NCBI GenBank assembly: GCA_902612065.1
Contig: CACMBY010000007.1
Span: forward strand, 5,951-69,950
DNA length: 64,000 nucleotides
Reading direction: 5' to 3'
Origin: an uncultured Pelagibacteraceae bacterium
GTDB taxonomy: Bacteria; Pseudomonadota; Alphaproteobacteria; Pelagibacterales; Pelagibacteraceae
Part shown: piece after piece, positions 59,586 through 64,000 of the stretch
How the letters are laid out: the number at the start of each line of letters is the position of its first letter
Position numbering within the stretch: position 1 is the stretch's first letter
The notes under the pieces: model-generated
Told to the model about the DNA's origin: nothing
Databases searched by the model: none
Seen by the model: the letters and a program-made list of their open reading frames with translations, nothing else
Position numbers and translations under genes: made by a program

Positions 59586-60345
59586 CGAAAATGAAGGTGG
59601 CTTTGTAAGTCATTTAGCAGAGTTAAGAAAAAGACTAATTCATAGTTTTATTTTTCTAATAATCTTTTTTATTGGATGTTATTTTTTTGCTGAACATCTT
59701 TATGGTTTTTTAGTAGAGCCATATGCACAAGCAGTTAAAGATGATGGAACTGATAGAAGATTAATTTTCACAGCTTTACAAGAAACTTTCCTTACTTATT
59801 TGAAAGTATCTTTTTTCACAGCTTTTTTTATTACTTGTCCATTTATTTTGATGCAGATTTGGAAATTTATTGCTCCTGGTCTTTATAAACATGAAAAAAT
59901 TGCAATTTTACCTTATTTAGTTTTAACCCCAATCTTATTCTTACTAGGAGGTATGTTGGTTTATTATTTAATAATGCCTCTAGCGATAAAATTCTTTTTA
60001 TCTTTTGAAAGTTCTGGTCTTTCAACAAATTTACCAATTCAATTAGAAGCAAAAGTAAACGAATATCTTTCATTGGTAATGAAACTTATATTTGCGTTTG
60101 GCATAAGTTTTCAATTACCTGTTGTGTTGAGTTTATTAGCGAGGGTAGGGTTAGTTGATTCTGATTTTTTAAAGAAACGAAGAAAATATGTTGTGGTTAT
60201 TATATTTGCAGCTGCAGCTTTACTCACACCCCCAGATCCCATCACACAAATTGGTTTAGCGATACCATTATTAATTCTATATGAATTATCAATATTTTCA
60301 GTAAAACTTATTGAGAATAAAAATTTAAAAAATTCTGATGCATAA
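59575..60345 (+). CDS. tatC: Twin-arginine translocase TatC
   Basis: HLAELRKRL, FIAPGLY, TPPD. Confidence 0.95.
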   Translation: MSHDENEGGFVSHLAELRKRLIHSFIFLIIFFIGCYFFAEHLYGFLVEPYAQAVKDDGTDRRLIFTALQETFLTYLKVSFFTAFFITCPFILMQIWKFIAPGLYKHEKIAILPYLVLTPILFLLGGMLVYYLIMPLAIKFFLSFESSGLSTNLPIQLEAKVNEYLSLVMKLIFAFGISFQLPVVLSLLARVGLVDSDFLKKRRKYVVVIIFAAAALLTPPDPITQIGLAIPLLILYELSIFSVKLIENKNLKNSDA

Positions 60346-61597
60346 CATTAAAGAAATTAGAAAAGATTTTGATGCATTTTCAAAAGCATTAAAAAAAAGA
60401 TCAATTGATATAGATCTCAATAAACTCAAAAAATTAGATATAGATAATAGAGATTTAATTCAAAAAAAAGAAACATTAGAAAAAGAAAAGAAAGATATTT
60501 CAAAAACAAAAGATAAGGCTTTATTTTCCAGATCAAAAGAAATTACACAATCTATTGATAAAATTACTGATCAACAATCAAAAATTAAATCAGACTTGGA
60601 TGAAATTTTATCAAGTATTCCTAATATACCTCACGATGATGTGCCTGTAGGATCTAATGAAAATGAAAATGTTGAATTAACTAAATCAGGTCAGATTCCT
60701 AATTTTGAATTTACTCCAAAATCACACTACGAATTAGGTGAAAAACTTGGCATGTTAGATTTTGATCTTGCCACAAAAACCACCGGTTCAAGATTTGTTT
60801 TTGTTAAGAATAAATTAGCGTTACTTGAAAGAGCTATTTCAAATTTTATGCTTGATATACATACTTCAAAAAATGGATATGAAGAAATTTCACCGCCTTT
60901 ATTAGCATCAGAAAATACGATGTTTGGAACTGGTCAATTACCTAAATTTGAAAATGATCAATTCGAAGTAAAATTAGAAGAGGGAAGTGGAAGAAAATTT
61001 TTAATTCCTACAGCAGAAGTTATTTTAACCAATATTGTAAAAGATAAAATTTTAGATCTTAAAACATTACCAATGAGATTTGTTGCATCTACCCCGTGCT
61101 TTAGAAAAGAGGCTGGTAGTTATGGTAAAGATACAAAAGGGATGATTAGACAACATCAATTTTATAAAGTTGAATTAGTTAGTATTGTAGAACAAAATAA
61201 TTGTCTTGAAGAATTAGAGAGAATGACAAATTGTGCTACAGGAATTTTAGATTTGTTAGAATTACCCTATAGAAAAATGATTTTGTGTAGTGGAGATATG
61301 GGATTTAGTGCAGAAAAAACTTACGATATAGAAGTATGGCTACCTTCAGAAAACAAATATAGAGAAATATCCTCATGTTCATCATGTTCAACTTTTCAAG
61401 CAACAAGGATGAAAGCTAGATATAAAAATTCAAATAAAGAGACAGTATTTGTTGGCACACTTAATGGAAGTGGTTTAGCAGTGGGTAGAACTCTTATTGC
61501 TATATTAGAAAATTTCCAGCAAAAGGATGGGTCTATAAGTATTCCAAAAGTGCTTAGACCTTATATGAATAATCTAGAAAAAATTAGTCTGAATTAA
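60338..61597 (+). CDS. serS: Seryl-tRNA synthetase
   Basis: PTAEV, FRKEAG, RQHQF, EISSCS, LNGSGLAVGR. Confidence 0.97.
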   Translation: MHNIKEIRKDFDAFSKALKKRSIDIDLNKLKKLDIDNRDLIQKKETLEKEKKDISKTKDKALFSRSKEITQSIDKITDQQSKIKSDLDEILSSIPNIPHDDVPVGSNENENVELTKSGQIPNFEFTPKSHYELGEKLGMLDFDLATKTTGSRFVFVKNKLALLERAISNFMLDIHTSKNGYEEISPPLLASENTMFGTGQLPKFENDQFEVKLEEGSGRKFLIPTAEVILTNIVKDKILDLKTLPMRFVASTPCFRKEAGSYGKDTKGMIRQHQFYKVELVSIVEQNNCLEELERMTNCATGILDLLELPYRKMILCSGDMGFSAEKTYDIEVWLPSENKYREISSCSSCSTFQATRMKARYKNSNKETVFVGTLNGSGLAVGRTLIAILENFQQKDGSISIPKVLRPYMNNLEKISLN

Positions 61598-61651
61598 AGT
61601 TGTTTTAATTAAAGAGATAGTATAAAAATTCATTTTTAGTTAAGGAGTTTT

Positions 61652-61939
61652 ATGGAAAGTTCAGGAATAGGTCAATTTATACCACTAATATTAATTTTTG
61701 TTATTTTTTATTTTTTCTTGATAAGACCACAGCAAAAAAAAGTCAAAGAGCATAAAGCTATGGTCGAGGGTTTAAAAAAAGGTGATAAGATTGTAACTTC
61801 AGGCGGTATCACAGGAACCATAACTAGAGTCGTAGACAACGATAAAATTGAAGTTGAGGTTGCTGAAAATGTGACTGTTGAAGTTATCAGAGGTACAGGT
61901 GTACAAAGTCTGATGAACTCTCAAGAAGTTAAAAAGTAA
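61652..61939 (+). CDS. yajC: Preprotein translocase YajC
   Basis: FYFFLIRPQQKK, GDKIVTSGG. Confidence 0.93.
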   Translation: MESSGIGQFIPLILIFVIFYFFLIRPQQKKVKEHKAMVEGLKKGDKIVTSGGITGTITRVVDNDKIEVEVAENVTVEVIRGTGVQSLMNSQEVKK

Positions 61940-61954
61940 TTTTGTTAAAGTAAA

Positions 61955-63511
61955 GTGTTATATTTTTCAAAATTCAGAATAATTTCAGTAATATTAATTT
62001 CTCTATTTTTTATTTTAATCGCTTCATCAAATTTATTTAAGTTTGAAAACAACTTACTAAATAAGAAAATTAATCTTGGATTAGATCTTCAGGGAGGTTC
62101 TTACCTCTTACTCGAAATTGATAATAATCCAGTTATTGAGCAAAAAATACAAAATCTTTCAATTACCATTAGAAATTATTTCAAAGACAAAAATATAAGA
62201 ATTAAAAATTTAAAAATTTTAGGACAAAAATTATCTTTTTCTGTAGATGAAAACTTTAAACAAACTATTCTAGATACGTTTAACGATGAGGAAAGTGAAT
62301 TAAATCCTTATTATCCAAGATTTAAATCTCATCAATTAGATATCACTGAGGAAAATAATATTTTTTTTGTCAATTATTCAACCCAAGGTATTGTTAAATT
62401 AAAAACATCTTCCCAAGATCAAGCATTAGAAATTGTAAGAAGAAGAATTGATGAGATAGGAACTAATGAGCCAAATATTTTAAAAAGAGGAAACGATAGA
62501 ATTCTTGTTGAATTACCTGGATTAGATGATCCAATGAGAATTAAATCATTGCTTGGTAAAACTGCAAATCTTACATTTAGATTTGTAACTAATAACGATC
62601 AAGACTCTTTTGGAGCGGAAAAACTTAGTTATGAAGATAAGTCTGAAGAAGATGTTCTGGTAAGTAAAAGAATTATTTTAAGTGGAGACAATCTGCTAGA
62701 TGCTCAACCAAGAATGGATAGTGAGACGAATGAAACAGTGGTTACATTTACACTTGATAGAGTTGGAGCTAAAAGATTTGGTAAAGCTACATCGACTGGT
62801 ATTGGTAAACAATTAGCAATAGTATTGGATGGTAAAATTATAAGTGCACCGGTTATAAGAGATACAATTGCAAGTGGATCAGGTCAAATCAGTGGAGGAT
62901 TTACTTTTCAATCAGCAACAGATTTAGCTCTTTTATTAAGATCTGGTGCATTACCTGCACCTTTAAATATTATTGAGGAACGAACAGTTGGTCCTGACTT
63001 AGGACAAGACTCAATTAATGCAGGGATGATTGCATTAGCAATTGGTTTTGTTTTAGTAATAGTATTTATCTTTGTAAAATATAAGATATTTGGTTTAATT
63101 ACCAATATAACATTAATACTTAACCTTTTCTTACTCATTGGAATATTGACTATATTCGAGGCGACCTTAACTCTTCCGGGGATCGCTGGAATAATTTTGA
63201 CAGTTGGTATGGCAGTCGATGCAAATGTTTTAATCTTTGAGAGAATTAAAGAAGAACTAAAAAATGAAAAAAATAATTTAATAGCTTTTGATAGTGGTTA
63301 CACAAAATCTAGAACCGCTATACTTGATGCAAATATAACAACACTATTAGCAGCTATTATCTTATTTTTTATGGGCTCAGGTCCGATCAAAGGTTTTTCA
63401 CTTACACTTGGGATTGGAATATTTACAACATTATTTTCAGTTTATTTCATAGCAAGGTTATTGACTGTTTTGTATGTGTACAGAAATAAAGAAAAAGAAG
63501 GTTTAATTTAA
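61955..63511 (+). CDS. secD: Protein translocase SecD (GTG start)
   Basis: LGLDLQGG, LRSGALP, GMAVDANVLIFERIKEE. Confidence 0.95.
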   Translation: MLYFSKFRIISVILISLFFILIASSNLFKFENNLLNKKINLGLDLQGGSYLLLEIDNNPVIEQKIQNLSITIRNYFKDKNIRIKNLKILGQKLSFSVDENFKQTILDTFNDEESELNPYYPRFKSHQLDITEENNIFFVNYSTQGIVKLKTSSQDQALEIVRRRIDEIGTNEPNILKRGNDRILVELPGLDDPMRIKSLLGKTANLTFRFVTNNDQDSFGAEKLSYEDKSEEDVLVSKRIILSGDNLLDAQPRMDSETNETVVTFTLDRVGAKRFGKATSTGIGKQLAIVLDGKIISAPVIRDTIASGSGQISGGFTFQSATDLALLLRSGALPAPLNIIEERTVGPDLGQDSINAGMIALAIGFVLVIVFIFVKYKIFGLITNITLILNLFLLIGILTIFEATLTLPGIAGIILTVGMAVDANVLIFERIKEELKNEKNNLIAFDSGYTKSRTAILDANITTLLAAIILFFMGSGPIKGFSLTLGIGIFTTLFSVYFIARLLTVLYVYRNKEKEGLI

Positions 63512-64000
63512 ATGATTGCTTTTAACAAATATTATAATCAATTTAACATACTCTCTATATCCTTGGTCGTTATTTCTTTATTTTTACTGACTTTCAAAGG
63601 TCTTAACTTTGGAATAGATTTTAAGGGCGGAACGTTAATTGAATTAAGGTCAACTGACAGCAAAATTAATGTGTCATCTCTAAGAGATAATTTAAATTCT
63701 ATGAATTTGGGTGATGTTTCAGTAAAAAATTTTGGCAATGAGACAGACTTTCTTATTAAATTTGAAATTAATAATAACAAAAATATTATTGAGGAAATAA
63801 AATCAAATTTAGATAAATCATTTGGCAATACTTTTGATTTTAGAAGAGTTGAAAACGTAGGACCGAAAGTAAGTGCTGAGTTACTTAAATCTGGAGTAAT
63901 AGCTATCGCAGTGGCATTAACTTTAATGTTAATTTACATTTGGATCAGATTTGAATGGCAATTTAGTTTAGGAGCTATATTAGCTTTGTTTCATGACGTG
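63512..64000 (+). CDS. secF: Protein translocase SecF, 5' part (runs off the window end)
   Basis: Manual translation MIAFNKYY...GLNFGIDFKGG...VGPKVS...IRFEWQF...HDV. Confidence 0.92.
   Translation, partial: MIAFNKYYNQFNILSISLVVISLFLLTFKGLNFGIDFKGGTLIELRSTDSKINVSSLRDNLNSMNLGDVSVKNFGNETDFLIKFEINNNKNIIEEIKSNLDKSFGNTFDFRRVENVGPKVSAELLKSGVIAIAVALTLMLIYIWIRFEWQFSLGAILALFHDV

Noticed and set aside
528-63828. Many 60-117 aa antisense or shifted ORFs in the track (e.g. 528-779, 11724-12002, 12984-13322, 20896-21249, 25287-25640, 63538-63828)
   Set aside because: They lie almost entirely within well-supported genes and show no motifs; shadow ORFs.
1-64000. CRISPR arrays, IS elements, prophage or rRNA genes
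   Set aside because: No repeat-spacer periodicity, transposase, integrase, phage or rRNA-like sequence was seen.

Overview
This is a very AT-rich, densely packed alphaproteobacterial chromosome segment. Gene content, overlapping stops/starts and streamlined synteny point to SAR11 (Pelagibacter-like); this assignment is an inference. Core blocks: trpG(partial)-trpE-ppiD; tpiA-secG-pyrG-kdsA-eno-ftsB-lipA-ratA; cinA-pgpA-ispDF; ntrY-ntrX-trkAH; tRNA-Arg; aapJQMP amino-acid ABC transporter; tRNA-Asn/Cys; valS-ilvD-manC; zur-znuBC/znuA; xth-HesB-family Fe-S carrier; dgt-argS-nagZ-scpAB-tatABC-serS-yajC-secDF. A ~17 kb phosphate-starvation block (28.8-46.0 kb) holds a DAG-kinase-like gene, plcP-agt lipid remodelling, phoR, an exported hypothetical, pstSCAB-phoU-phoB, sixA, ppk1-ppx and an ArsR-less arsenic operon. 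I read six intergenic sites with hexamers resembling T(G/T)TAA(C/T) at 11-bp spacing as Pho boxes. The best novel candidate is an unannotated ~90-nt small RNA at ~43818-43910. It sits behind a Pho-box array and a -10 element, and folds into two stem-loops. Its CU-rich loop region is complementary to the ribosome-binding region of the amino-acid-binding protein gene aapJ in this same window, in a locus where hfq is missing from its usual position. Also notable: the apparent PhoB control of the arsC-aquaporin operon, a Lys-rich mini-protein beside ppk/ppx, and a divergent Anbu / circularly permuted ATP-grasp pair lacking its usual partners. All motif and structure calls were made by eye and need computational and experimental confirmation.
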